Source of the DNA: Macrostomum hystrix
Lineage: Eukaryota; Animalia; Platyhelminthes
DNA: 64,000 nucleotides
Direction: 5' to 3'
NCBI GenBank assembly: GCA_950097015.1
Contig: CATNEN010000038.1
Location: forward strand, 23,498,001-23,562,000
Position 1 is the first letter of the stretch, and every line of letters starts with the position of its first letter. Positions 24,101 through 36,800 of the stretch are shown here, in pieces. The translations under genes and the position numbers were made by a program. A model generated the notes under the pieces. It had not been told where the DNA came from. It saw only the letters and a program-made list of their open reading frames with translations, and did not search any database.

Positions 24101-27100
24101 TGGAGAACATCGCCGAGCTTGACTCTCTGCTAGACCACACCAGTCAGGGACAAATCGACGATAAAGTTGACGCAACAGTCGACCTGCCAGTCTTCTCTCC
24201 GGCTATCGCCGCTGACAATGTCGAATCGTCTTCGCCGACGGAGGTCAACCGGATTGCCAAGTTTCGCTGGTCGTCCTTCGCCCGCTGCCACCGGCCCAGT
24301 CTGCAGCTGCAGGACGCCCAGATCGCGGCGCTGACGGTGGCGCAGATGCAAGAGGCGAAAAGCTCCGCGTTTGTCGAACTAAACCGGGTTGTGAGGGACC
24401 ACTGTCCGCCTAGCAAGTCTTTGTTGTCCTGGTAAGCAAGTCATGCTATATGAATCATATGTCTTTGTCATCTTCCTCAAAGCTTTGGGGGTGAGTGGCA
24501 GAGTAGTCTGACGCGTTTGCCTGTCGCACGAAGGTCACAGAGCTCGATTCCGCCTTCCGGAGAGAAGGCTTGGGGGCTTGTGATGCAAAATAAGCCCTTG
24601 AGGGCCAACCTCCAAGGCACAGTGAGTGTACACTGCCTGAAGATGAGAAAATCAGGGCAGATGTACACACCTGTGTGAGCATGTGCTCAGGAGTCAGCGA
24701 AATGGGCGGAAGTGCCTCCTCGCTGGCTACGGATCTAGTGTCACCAAATGATGTGCCATTCCTGCAATTGTAATTATTACTGATAACTATTTTTATTTTC
24801 CTTAAACAGGTTCAAGCCAAAAGTGTTCCGGCGTCAAAAATCTGTACTTATCAACGTCGGTACAGTGACGAGCGACTGTGAAAAACAGCAGCAGCAGCAG
24901 CAGGCTGTGAATGAGGTGTTCGGTGTGCCATTGTCTACAGTGCAGATCAAATGCGGCCAGCCCCTACCAGCTGGAGTTGTACACCTGATGCGACAGCTTC
25001 GCAGGTGAGTATGAGCAGAACTGCCTCCTCGTTGCTCATCTAAGTCGTTGCCTAAAAGTAATAAAATGCAACTTTAATTTCGAATAGGTGCGGCGTGGCG
25101 GCGCACGGGATTTTCCGTCGAGCCGGCGGTCGGGCTCGAGTAGCCGCATTGAAATCCCAACTGGACGCTAATCCTGATTTCGCCGACTTTGCCCAGTACC
25201 AGCCCTACGACCTGGCCGACCTAGTCAAGATGTACCTAAGGGAACTTCCTGAGTGTCTAACTACACAGCGCTTGTCACCAACTTTGATGGACATATTCAC
25301 CTACGTTGACTTGGCTGAAACTAGGCTGCTGGCTATGCAGGTAACACATTTGAGCACAAGTAAAGTGTAAAACTGGACCTATTCGAAGTCCCAACTGGAC
25401 CCATTCAATGTGGACTTATTCAAAGGCCAAACTCAACCTATTGAGAGCCCATTCACTAGTCTATTGATGGCAGCATGAAAAAGAGCATATTTGATTTTTT
25501 TAACCTTTGCATTCCAGAGCGCCATGCTGCTACTGCCGGACGAGAATCGCGAGGTTCTACAGGCTCTGCTATATTTTCTAAACGATTTCGCGGACTGCGC
25601 CGAGACTTCGCAGATGGGCGCATCGAACCTGGCTGTGTGCCTGGCTCCGTCGCTGTTTTACTTTCCTCACGAGGCGGCCACCGGTCTGCGAATTGGCGGC
25701 GTCGGGGCAGTGCCACCGCGACGATTGAGACGGGCGACAGGTGAGAGAGAGCCTACTTAAAGTAGCGAAGCAAGACGGGGCTCTTGATTTTAGCTATGAT
25801 TCATCGTTTATGGATAAGTTAGAATTCATCTAATGTACATCTGCGATGAGTCATCTAATGTACATCTGCGATGAGTCATCCAATGTACATCTGCGATTAT
25901 TTATCTAATGTACATCTGCGATGATTCCTCTAGTATACATATGTGATGAGTTATCAAATGTACATCTGCGATGAGTCATCAAAAACGTACACACGCCTCG
26001 TTTTCAGCTTGCCTCGCCCGATTTGTTGCCTTTTAGCACTGCCAAGCAAAACTAGGGTGATAGTTTAAAAAAAGACAGTGTACACAACACCAAGCAATGA
26101 AATCTTATCCATTGGCAGGTGTACCAGACGCCAGAGATCTAGCCGATCATCAAGCTGCCACCGCGTGTCTAACCTTCATGATAGAATCTTGCCACCAGCT
26201 GTTCATGCTGCCAAGTACAATGCACTCGAAGCAGCAGCAGCAGAAGCAGCCAATAAATAAGCTACCACAGCAGCCGCTAAGTCTGGACACGGTGGCGCCG
26301 AGAGACTCCAAGGGTCAGCGGCATTGCTTCTCATTCGCTGAGAATCACAGCCAGTCGCTTGCCAGGGAGTGTCACGGCTACACCAGCTCGTCCGCGTCGG
26401 CCGCATCATCAGCGGCGGCCATATGGCGACTATTTAGCCAACGCAGCGGAGTTGACACATTTTATAGGTGCGTCGGAGACGGCCATCCGCTTCGGCTATG
26501 GAAGGCCGTCATTGGAATTGACGCAGATCCTATTGATGTGCTCAACAAGATTGTGACGGACAGGTGAGTAGTGCTTTCATTTTGGAAACATTCTTGATAA
26601 TTGAGTAGACAGATATAAACTGCTCAAACTACCATTAGTTTGAAGGGGAAATACTGTCGAAACAGACGGCAAGTCTATGCAAAGACAGGGAAATCCGAAG
26701 ACAGGGAAATCCGAAGATAGGGAAATCCGAAGTCAGGGAAATCCGAAGTCAGGGAAATCCGAAGTCAGGGAAATCCGAAGATAGTGAAATCCGAAGATAG
26801 GGAAATCCGAAGATAGGGAAATCCGAAGATAGGGAAATCCGAAGACAGGGAAATCCGAAGATAGGGAAAACCGAAGATAGGGAAATCCGAAGATAGGGAA
26901 ATCCAGAAGACAGGGAAATCCGAAGTCAGGGAAATCCGAAGTCAGGGAAATCCGAAGTCAGGGAATTCTTAACCAGACAGAAACAGGAAAACCCAACCCG
27001 ATGACATGGAAATCTTACAATATAAAATTCCGAATAATATAAAATTCTATCCAAAAACATGTAAATCCAAAGACATGGAAATCCTTCCTGAGGACAGGGA

Positions 27101-27964
27101 AATACTTTCCAGATACACGTAAATCCGAAAAAATGGAATTTTTAGCCAGAGACTGGGAAATCCAAAGACAGGGAAATCCGAAGATAGGGAAATCCGAAGA
27201 CAGGGAAATCCGAAGATAGGGAAATCCGAAGACAGGGAAATCCGAAGATAGGGAAATCCGAAGAAAGGAAATCCGAAGATAAGGAAATCCGAAGACAGGG
27301 AAATCCGAAGACAGGTAAATCCGAAGACAGGGAAATCCGAAGATAGGGAAATCCGAAGATAGGGAAATCCGAAGATAGGGAAATCCGAAGACAGGGAAAT
27401 CCGAAGATAGGGAAATCCGAAGATAGGGAAATCCGAAGACAGGGAAATCCGAAGATAGGGAAATCCGAAGACAGGGAAATCCGAAGACAGGAAATCCTAC
27501 CACTAATCGAATCAAACACGAATCCAACGCAAAACATGCCGTACAGGCCCAGCTGGGACCCGGATATCCACACGGTCCAGACCATCGAGACCATAGACGA
27601 CAGCGCCGACGTAGTCCGCTTCGGCGTTGCTTCGCCTCCGGCACAGCCGCCGCGCGAAGCCTGCCTGCTGAGAACTTGGCGCTCGGACAGCGCCAGCAGT
27701 CACCGCCTGCACTCGATATCCGTGCAGATGCAGCCGAGTCATCAGACCCTGCAGGTTCACGTGCTGACTGAGGACTGGCTGGTGGAGAGGATCTCGGCCA
27801 GCGGTCGTACGCCGATCGGAGGTCGCTGCCGAGTGACGCTGCTGTCCCGAGTGGACGTCAGAGGACGAAGCGTTGATTGGTACAATCGGATCTGGGGACA
27901 CAGCATCGCAAGGGTGTTGGTTCACCTGAGAAAGGCGTTCGCTTCGCAGCCTGCAATAAAATAG
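18077..27964 (+). CDS. RhoGAP-START protein of the DLC1/STARD13/STARD8 (crossveinless-c) family; exons 18077-18389, 18918-19020, 23979-24431, 24810-25004, 25088-25340, 25518-25740, 26119-26563, 27547-27964
   Basis: DLC-like motifs LDEVL...VVNQWS, KFRWSSFARCHRPSL, VFGVPL, arginine finger GIFRRAG, DLADLVKMYLRELPE, LLLPDENREVLQALL, MGASNLAVCLAPSLF. START domain motifs VGDGHPLRLWK, RPSWD, REACLLRTWR, RVDVRGRSVDWYN. GT-AG junctions with consistent phases. The start codon is tentative. Confidence 0.9.
19340..19875 (-). pseudogene. Decayed IS630/Tc1-mariner-superfamily (DDE_3-like) transposase fragment
   Basis: Minus-strand frames give the HTH-like TAYTIMRAYTQEGRVQALPRGG*RRAK (~19590-19665) and the first catalytic Asp motif VYLDETGFNLWLRRSQGRSIKGQP (~19365-19436). 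Stops, frameshifts and an internal deletion are present. No TIRs were identified. Confidence 0.72.
20310..23494 (-). CDS. Tetraspanin (~300 aa) nested antisense in the RhoGAP intron; exons 23494-23228, 22542-22357, 21993-21718, 20773-20690, 20399-20310
   Basis: Four hydrophobic TM segments. Large loop with CCG (ELCCGW), PxxCC (LPIHCC), GYC and a terminal DC (6 Cys). All four introns are GT-AG and phase 0. Stop TAA at 20310-20312. Confidence 0.88.
20450..20688. repeat. CCATCTCTC low-complexity repeat (tetraspanin intron 4)
   Basis: Directly visible. Confidence 0.8.
20813..21701. repeat. Minisatellite, 10-bp unit CACTAGAATC/GACTAGAATC (~88 copies)
   Basis: Fills tetraspanin intron 3. Confidence 0.97.
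22775..23180. repeat. Minisatellite, ~22-bp unit ACAGACAACTACAGACACCAAA
   Basis: Lies in tetraspanin intron 1. Confidence 0.93.
23650..23910 (+). mobile_element. SINE family A, degenerate copy
   Basis: GAGCTCGATTCCG..TTTGGGGCGCGGCCG..GAGAAGGCTTTGGTGGCTTGTCGTACAATT..CAGGAGTCAGCGAAATGGGCGGAA..CTCGCTGGCTGCG. Confidence 0.75.
24487..24782 (+). mobile_element. SINE family A copy
   Basis: tRNA-like head (GTGGCAGAGTAGTCTGACGCG..CCTGTCGC..GAGCTCGATTCC) followed by the family-A body. Confidence 0.85.
25826..25980. repeat. Minisatellite, 25-bp unit CATCTAATGTACATCTGCGATGAGT
   Basis: About 6 copies. Confidence 0.88.
26683..27497. repeat. Minisatellite, 16-bp unit AGGGAAATCCGAAGAT/C (two blocks)
   Basis: Lies in the last RhoGAP intron. 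Confidence 0.95.
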
Positions 27965-29699
27965 AATAGTGCAGGCTGACTGATTTCAAGCTAAGCTTTT
28001 TAGTATAATTATTTTCCAACATTTATTAACAGCCCGTTGAACCTAGTAGAAATGTTATCAATAAAAACACGAGTAAAGGAAATTCAGGGGAAATCCAAAG
28101 GAATTCCAGATAAAACGAAAGTAATTTCGGGGGAAAGCCAAAGGAATTCCAAGGGAATTCGGAAGGAATTCCTGGGGGAATCCAAAGGAATTCCAAGGGA
28201 ATTCGGAAGGAATTCCTGGGGGAATCCAAAGGAATTCTAGATAAAACTAAAGTAATTCCTGGGGGAATCCAAAGGAATTCCAGATAAAACTAAAGTAATT
28301 CCTGGGGAAATCCGAAGGAATTCCAAGGGCATTCCAAATGAATTCTAAGGGAATTTTAAAGGAATTCCAAGGGAATTCTAAAGTATTCCTGGGGAGATAC
28401 AAAATACTTCCAGGGGAAATCCAAAGGAATTCTTGGTCTTGGTTAAATCCAAAGGAATTACAGTGGAAATCCGAAAAAATTCCTGGGGAATTCCAAAGAC
28501 TTCCAGGGGAAATCAGTTGGACTTACGAGGGAAAGGAACTCCGAAGCAATCCAAATTATTTTTTTCAAGAGAATTCCGAGAAAGCTGAATCATACTTCGT
28601 AAATTTTTCGAACGTAAAGATAAGTTAAGTCCTGCAGTTTTATTTGCTTGGATTAATACATTTTGTACTCCTAGCGAAATGAGGCTTGTTAACCAATTTG
28701 TAGCTATGGCATGCCTTTTATTAGATGTTTGAAAGCCAGATAAAAACCTAAATTTAAATCTGCGAGCTTAAATTTAAGAGAAAAAATGTTTTTTTTGGCT
28801 TGCACTGTTTTACAAGCTTTTTCGAAAACTAACGCTTTTGCCTTTTGCTACTATTGGCAGTAATGTTTACTGTATTTATATACAATACGTTTTTCTATTG
28901 ACTAAAATCGTGAACGCACTGTCTCATTTAAACAAAAGAAATGGCACAACTCGAAATCTGTTCCGCTTCCAAAAATAGCTATCACATAATTTGAAATATC
29001 TGCTTTTGAAATATTTATCATCAATGAAATATCCCATATGAAGGAAATAGAAATATTCCATTTTTCTCTTTATCTGTCAACATTGATCAATTTATTCATA
29101 TTTTGATAATTGAAAGCAGACTGATAGTGTACCTTCGCAATCACTAATCATTCAAAGTTAAATGTAAAACACATCTGTAAAAATCGTGAAACAGTTTTGT
29201 TAAAATCACGGCGCAAACGCAAACACGCGATTTTAAATTACAGGGCGACACAATGTTTAGATTATATTTCAATTCTAGACAAAAAACTGAAATTTCTCGA
29301 AGCAATAAAAGTTATTTTTTATGTTTTTAACTTTTTCTATTGTTCACATTTATATTCTATGAAAGATAATTATTTTTGCACTAACCTATCTCAAATGCAC
29401 CAGTGTGTTTTATTATTTGAATAAGTGTAAATAATAAATAAATAATCAGTATATTTAAATAATAACAATGATAGTAAAAATCGTGTAATTATATCTTTTT
29501 AATACTGCTTTTTAGGTGAAAATGTGACAAAAATATTGAATGACAAAAAAACAAAAAACTGACGAAATTCGTGTTAAGACAGAATTCTATTATTGGATTA
29601 GATAACATTTAGTAAGAACCAATATAGTATTAAAGAAACTAATTTGCACATTTTCATGTAGAAATTGAAACAATACGCTGTGACCTGTTATGCTCTGGG

Positions 29700-30152
29700 C
29701 ATAACAGACAGAAACAGAACAGAACAGACAAAAACAGAACAGAACAGACAGAAACAGAACAGAACAGACAAAAACAGAACAGAACAGACAGAAACAGAAC
29801 AGAACAGACAGAAAAAGAACAGGACAGACAGAAAAAGAACAGGACAGACAAAAATAGAACAGAACAGACAAAGACAGAACAGAACAGGCAGAAACAGAAA
29901 AACCGGAACAGAACAGACCAAAACAAAAAAAACAGACAAAAACAGAAACGAACAGACGAAAACCGAAAATAACAGACAAAAACAGAACAGAACAGACAGA
30001 AAAAGAACAGGACAGACAAAAACAGAACAGAACAGACAAAAACAGAACAGAACAGACAAAAACAGAACAGAACAGACAAAAACAGAACAGAACAGACAAA
30101 AACAGAACGGAACAGACAAAAACAGAACAAAACAGACAAAAACATAACAGAA
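29700..30152. repeat. ACAGA/AACAG satellite
   Basis: Directly visible. Confidence 0.93.
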
Positions 30153-30246
30153 CTAAAATTGCTTTCTCAAGTGAAATCAGTTTCAGTTAACGAAGAGAAT
30201 CAACTATTGCTAGAAAGTTGCCATAGCAACCAGGATGCCATCCAGC

Positions 30247-31203
30247 TCAGATCTCATAAGTCGGCCTATAGATATGCTCGAACCGTTTCAGATGCTTCTC
30301 AACCAGTTTGTCAATTCGTTGGCTGTCAGTTTCGTTGAAATAATTGCGCCAATCGCCGACGTCGCCTTTGCGATAGAATCCACTGCCGCAGCCGGAACCG
30401 TCCTCGAACAGGTGGCCCATGTCGGAGCCCCTTGCCTGCCGCATCTCGGCGAAGTCCACAGACTGGCAGATTCCTGACAGCAGTTCGTCAGACAGCCTGT
30501 CTGAACAGTCGGACATCAGGAATTTATCCAATCGGCGAATCTCTTCCGCGGTGTTCGACTTGAGCTTCTCGTATTCGACCAGGTGAATCCTGTCGGCTGG
30601 CAATTGTCTAGTTGACAATGCTTCTAGTAGCAATTCTGTGTGCTCAAAATATGAGCCGCCGTCGACAGTGCCAGGCTCAAATAGGCCGGCAAGGAAAGCT
30701 GGGAATGCGCCAGTGTACCTGTAATCCCCGATTCGAGTATAGTGGTGATACAGCGATACCGCGACATCTTTTGGGTTCCGCAAAGGAACAATGATCTTTG
30801 TTGAACAATTTGGTTGCAGAATCTGCTTTGGCAGGAGAGGCAACGGTAGGTGACTATTAAGTACACGAGGAGGTGCAGCAGACTCCAAAACAGGCAGGCC
30901 AACAAACTCCAGCATGAGTTTCTCTTTATTAACTGGTCGATCAACGCACTGTCGGGTAAGCAGAAAGTGACTGATCTCATTTAGCCAATGAGTGCCGCAC
31001 TTAACGTACGCCCAGATCAGCACATCGTCATGTCTAGGCTGAAAATTGGCCAGCAAATTTTCGAGACGCGATTCGATTCCGGTGAAATCCACCACGTAGT
31101 AGCCGCGCCACAGGCGGCACTGGACGGCGTAGCCATCGGAGTCTCGACGCTCAACTTGGCCTTCCAGAGGTACGCCAGTGTCGGGGTCCAGCAGTGGCCT
31201 CAT
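30247..31203 (-). CDS. Cytosolic PAPS-dependent sulfotransferase (SULT1-like), intronless, 318 aa
   Basis: DDVLIWAYVKCGTHWL (5'-PSB loop), PRVLNSHLP (catalytic His), RNPKDVAVSLYHH (3'-PB), YEKLK, FYRKGDVGDWRNYF. Confidence 0.95.
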   Translation of the reverse strand: MRPLLDPDTGVPLEGQVERRDSDGYAVQCRLWRGYYVVDFTGIESRLENLLANFQPRHDDVLIWAYVKCGTHWLNEISHFLLTRQCVDRPVNKEKLMLEFVGLPVLESAAPPRVLNSHLPLPLLPKQILQPNCSTKIIVPLRNPKDVAVSLYHHYTRIGDYRYTGAFPAFLAGLFEPGTVDGGSYFEHTELLLEALSTRQLPADRIHLVEYEKLKSNTAEEIRRLDKFLMSDCSDRLSDELLSGICQSVDFAEMRQARGSDMGHLFEDGSGCGSGFYRKGDVGDWRNYFNETDSQRIDKLVEKHLKRFEHIYRPTYEI

Positions 31204-31422
31204 TTGCGCTCGAGTACTGGAATTAATGAGCCGAAAATAGAGAAAAAATGATGAGTCGCGCGTTTAATTAAAACTTCGCCAATTAGACTCTGTAGTTAAT
31301 TAATATCAGCAAACGCACTAATTAACTAGCCCAATACATCTTCTGTCAAGCACATAATTGGGCAACTTGACAGGTTCTGCAAGATAATTGCCATTGCTTC
31401 ACGAAAAAAGATGCTACAGGTA

Positions 31423-31718
31423 GGGGGTCAGTGGCAGATGGTCTAACGCGTTTTGCCTCTCTCGCCAAGGTCCCTGAGCTCGATTCCGCGTAAAGAAGGC
31501 TTGTGGGCTTTTCGTACAATTTACGCCATTGAGGGCCAACCTACAAGGCGCAGTGAGAGTGTACACTGCCTGACAATGAGAAAGTCAGGGCAGATGAACA
31601 CACCTGTGTGTCTGTGTGCGTGTGTGCTCAGAAGTCATCGAAATGGGCAGAATTGCCTCCTCTAGTGTCACCAAAATGATGTGCCATTGCCAGCAGCCCT
31701 CCAGCAATTATTATTTTT
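31423..31718 (+). mobile_element. SINE family A copy
   Basis: GGGGGTCAGTGGCAGATGGTCTAACGCG..GAGCTCGATTCCGCG followed by the family-A body and an AT-rich tail. Confidence 0.85.
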
Positions 31719-32966
31719 ATTATTGCTATTATCAGCTGCAAAAATTGCGCGGTGTATTCTAAGACTGCAGTTAAGCGACGGAACCTACCCTTCAAGCAGG
31801 TCAAATTACCGCCTGAGCTAATAATGGTAGAAAACTGCATCAAGCAATCCATTGGTTATATTTCTAGGGTTTCCCCACAGGCAAGCATGTCTAAAAATAG
31901 CTGCATCTCAAACCCCATTGGCTAAAACAACCGTTCAAGGTCACTTTTCACGCCATAGTTGAGTGTTACATCCTATTCTTCATCGTTGCATGCCGAAAGT
32001 ACATTACTTCAACACCATAAAGTTAAATGTCAAGAAAAAATTATTATGTTCTTGTTTAAAATGAAGCAGAATATTCTTACTATATAAAAGTGCAACTTCT
32101 TGTTTATTTTAGGCCGATGTGTAAAAGAATGCTTTTTTGTTCGGATACAAAATAAAATAGATTTAATAGGCAGCAATGAGAGAGAACTATAAACGAAAAT
32201 TTCTGTTTATTCTTTTCTGTTTCTTGTTTCTTTTAGATAACAAAAAACGCAGGTCAAAAAATTAAGAGAGCATTAAAAAATGGCGGCATTAAAAATAGTG
32301 CGAACGGATACAGACATACTCACACGAGGAAAGTTCCAGTACTCAAACTTTTCTACTTTACTCTTTAGCGACACCAGTTGAAAATGCATGCAGCTTTGTT
32401 ATAAAATGTTATAAAATGACCGCAACTTTTAAATGGTGGGATTTTGAATTCCTATTTTTGTTCCGCCGCTGCATACATTTTTTTCGTTCGAAACAAAAAT
32501 AAATAAGTTTAGTTTTCTTTTGCTTTTTTGTTGCTGTCGCTGCTGCTACTGTTGCTGTTGCTGAAAGACACACTTTTAGAATCGTAGAAGAATAAAAATA
32601 GCAACTGAATTTGAGTGTTTTTTGCATCAGTTCGGCTGTATATAGTCTCCGAGTGCATTTGATTTGATCAATCAATAAATTTATCGGCGAGATGACAACA
32701 CAGACAGTTGAAAGTTTGACAGGGCGAGTAAAGAAAAACTGTTTTTAAAAAAGCGATAATGAAATCCGTTTTTTAATTATTCAAAGAGGAAATTTATTAC
32801 AATGTTGAAAAATGGTAAAGTCTTTGAAAAGAAACATACATTTGAATTAAAGTCAGTTATTAAACTTTGTATACTACTTCGTTAGACTGAAGCACTTGAA
32901 TGGCCATTAGTAAAAAACTGTGAAATAAAACGCTTTAAAGGAAAAGGACTAGAAAATTAGTGCCTT

Positions 32967-33650
32967 ACAGACACGAGACAGACAGACACAGATGAGACAG
33001 ACAGACACAGATGAGACAGACAGACACAGATGAGACAGACAGACAGAGATGAGACAGACAGACACAGATGAGACAGACACAGATGAGACAGACAGAGATG
33101 AGACAGACAGACACAGATGAGACAGACAGACACAGATGAGACAGACACAGATGAGACAGACAGACAGAGATAAGACACAGACACAAATGAGACAGACACA
33201 GATGAGACAGACAGACACAAATGAGACAGACACAGATGAGACAGACAGACACAAATGAGACAGACACAGATGAGACAGACAGAGATGAGACAGACAGACA
33301 CAGATGAGACAGACACAGATGAGACAGACAGACACAGATGAGACAGACAGACACAGATGAGACAGACAGACACAGATGAGACAGACACAGATGAGACAGA
33401 CAGACACAGATGAGACAGACAGACACAGATGAGACAGACAGACACAGATGAGACAGACAGACACAGATGAGACAGACAGACAGAGATGAGACAGACAGAC
33501 ACAGATGAGACAGACAGACAGAGATAAGACACAGACACAAATGAGACAGACACAGATGAGACAGACAGACAGAGATAAGACACAGACACAAATGAGACAG
33601 ACACAGATGAGACAGACAGACAGAGATAAGACACAGACACAAATGAGACA
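32967..33650. repeat. GACAGACACAGATGA satellite
   Basis: Directly visible. Confidence 0.95.
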
Positions 33651-33891
33651 ATATAAACATGAATGGCATCTACGACACCTAGCTAGTTAACGAGATTGAA
33701 AACAAGCATCACAAGCCAAAGAAAATACAAAAAGAACACGCTGCTGATCTATTGTTATTGTTTATAGAGTCATATTATTGCCAGTTCAGACACCACAGAC
33801 GCACCACTGAAATTGCAGACTAACTAATAACAAAAAGAATATCAACTGGGCAGCCTTGCAGTTATAGAAAAGCATGCAGTTAAGCATTAGT

Positions 33892-36800
33892 CTACTTAAT
33901 AATATAGTCCTGCTCATCTAGCAGAGATTTAATATAAGCCTCCTCTGGCCAGGGAAATTCAGCATCCAGCAGTGGGCCAGACAGGTTGTTGTCGGACACT
34001 GGCGACCACCGATAGCCAAGCCAGTGTGACACTTTGCCGTATGGGTCGGCCCCGATTGCACAGTCGCCGCCTTCGCCGGAGTCAATGAACAGGCAACGCT
34101 CGGGTACCTTGTGGGCAAAGGTTTATAAATATTTGACTCGCCGAATACCTGCTAAAATAAGTACCTGGACTGCCCGCTCGAATCCTAGATCTTTTGTCAC
34201 TCTAATCCTAGATCTCCCACTCTAATCCTAGATCTCCCACTCTAATCCTAGATCTCCCACTCTAATCCTATATCTCCCAGTCTAATCCTAGATCTCCCAG
34301 TCTAATCCTAGATCTCCCAGTCTAATCCTAGATCTCCCACTCTAATCCTAAATCTCCCACTCTAATCCTAGATCTCCCACTCTAATCCTATATCTCCCAG
34401 TCTAATCCTAGATCTCCCAGTCTAATCCTAGATCTTCCCTCACTCTAATCCTAAATCTCCCACTCTAATCCTAGATCTCCCACTCTAATCCTAGATCTCC
34501 CACTCTAATCCTAGATCTCCCACTCTAATCCTAGATCTCCTCACTCTAATCCTAGATCTCCCACTCTAATCCTAGATCTCCCACTCTAATCCTAGATCTA
34601 CTCACTCTAATCCTAGATCTTCCCACTCTAATCCTAGATCTTCTCACTATTATCCCAGATCTCCCCATATAATCCTGCATCTCACCACTCTAACCCAAAT
34701 TTTCCCCACTCTAATCCTAGCCCATTTCTTTCTCATCCCATTGGACGCGGCCGTATCACACAGACCTCCAGTGTGATCAGTTCCGCGCCCCTCAGTGCGG
34801 CCAGGCCCACGATGGTGTGCACGCTGACGCAGTAGCCATAGATTGCCAACTCCTCCAAGTGCGGGCAAGTCCAGGCAATCATCATCAGGGGATCTAGGCG
34901 ACCGCCGCGGCGACTCAACGGCAGAGACTGCCGACAGCAGCAGCCGCCATCCGTCATCCATTCAACGACTCGAAGACAGCGCAGACGATGGGAATGCCTG
35001 GCGCACAGGTGATCAAACAGGCCGGCTGGCAATCTTCGACAAAAGTACACGCGTAGGCGAGTCAAAGGCAGGTCGGCCGGCAGAATGGATCGATAATGCT
35101 GCATTGAGCTGGGTGAGTGCAGCTGGCGGAGGTTGGGGTGGGCGGACGAGAGTTTGAGACAATTTTTAGCGGGCAGTCGGTAATTATTAGCAATAGTCAA
35201 CAATACTATTTGCACTAGATCGAATCGATCGATTGCAAGTAAATTCGCGCCAAGTCTAGTTAAACCTTTGTACTTTGCTGCACAGTCTAATAACTAGCTT
35301 TAAAATTATTAAAAGGGGGGTTTAGCCTAGCGTCGGACTCACGACTTTAAGGTCGGGGGTTCGATTCTCGACTCCACTGGAACTGTTTTGGATACTTTAC
35401 CAGTAAACTTTATTTAGCAAAAAGTGCATTGCTATAGTTCACCCAGCTGTTAAATAGGTACCAGCATTAGTTGGGGGTAATTAAGGGTGGGTGTGGCGTC
35501 CCCCCAGTCCATGGACTGAACAGCTGTACGCAGCCTTCAGATGCGCCGCGCAATAGCTGCGGCTGTGCTGTCGGCTGCACATCTGGCTCAATTTTGGCAG
35601 ACCCAAATATATATTTCATATCTTCAAAGCCCTCAGACTTTTGCTTCTGTCTAACAGTACATTTATTAAGAGTTTTTAGTTACCATGGTAACGGAAACCT
35701 GGCAGCCGATGCTGCCAAGTGCGGCCCAGCTGCGAACAGTCAGAGCGGGCATAGTGGCCGTGACGTCGTCGTGGACAAACATCGACAGTTGACGCAAATT
35801 TCCATTGCGGGCCAGCGAAGCTACAAGATCTTCTGACACCTGTGAAATTTTAGATAAAAAATGTCAGGTGAGGACTGAAAAAACAGCTCACCTAAAAGTA
35901 TTAAGGTTAGGATCTAAGAGAGTTGGGACATTTAAGAGAGTGGGATCTTGAAATTCGGGATATGAGAGAGTGGAATATTGAAATTGGGGATCTGAGAAAG
36001 TGGAATATTGAAATGGGGGATCTGAGAGGGTGGGATCTTAAAATTGGGGATCTGAGAGAGTGGAATATTGAAATTGGGGATCTGAAAGAGTGGAATATTG
36101 AAATTGGGGATCTGAGAGAGTGGAATCTTGAAATTGGCGATCTGATAGAGTGGAATCTTGAAATTGCGGACTTAAGAGAGTGGGATCTTGAATTTAGGGA
36201 CTCAGAGTGGGTATTTAAAATGGAGATTAGGAAGATCTATAAAAAGGGGAATTGATATAGATTATGTTTAAAGATAATCATCAACTGGGACCAAGGTTGG
36301 CGAACATTTAAATGTTGCTATAAGTATAACAGTATTTTTAGAATAGCTAGCTCGAATTCTTACCTGGTTGAGATCTAGACTGAGTCTAGTAAGGTGGAAC
36401 TTGCGGAGTAGCCTATTATCAATGAATGGCACTTGCGAGCTAATGGGATCTGATCGAAGTGAAGCCAAATGCAGAGATCTAAGGCAGCGATGCTGTTGCA
36501 GATTGTGCAATAATTTGTTCTGCCAACCATCGAAGCAATCAGTTAGGCCAAGTGACAGATGACGCAACTGATGAGAATGACAGACTAGCGATAGAAGGCT
36601 GCGGCACAGTCTAAGGTTTTAGTTTTAGTTTGTTTTTATCAAGCAAACATTAACAAGTTCTTTTAGGATTTAAAATAACTTGCTTGCTAGTAGTAAATTT
36701 AAGAATTTCTAGAATTGAAAATATGCAAAAATGCAATTTTTTATTATCTATAGGATTGTACTATATATGTAAAAGCAAATAATTGAATTGTATATTGATT

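Noticed and set aside
27015-33690. Hydrophobic or Cys-rich ORFs at 27015-27644, 29590-30147 and 32949-33690
   Set aside because: Satellite-derived reading frames.
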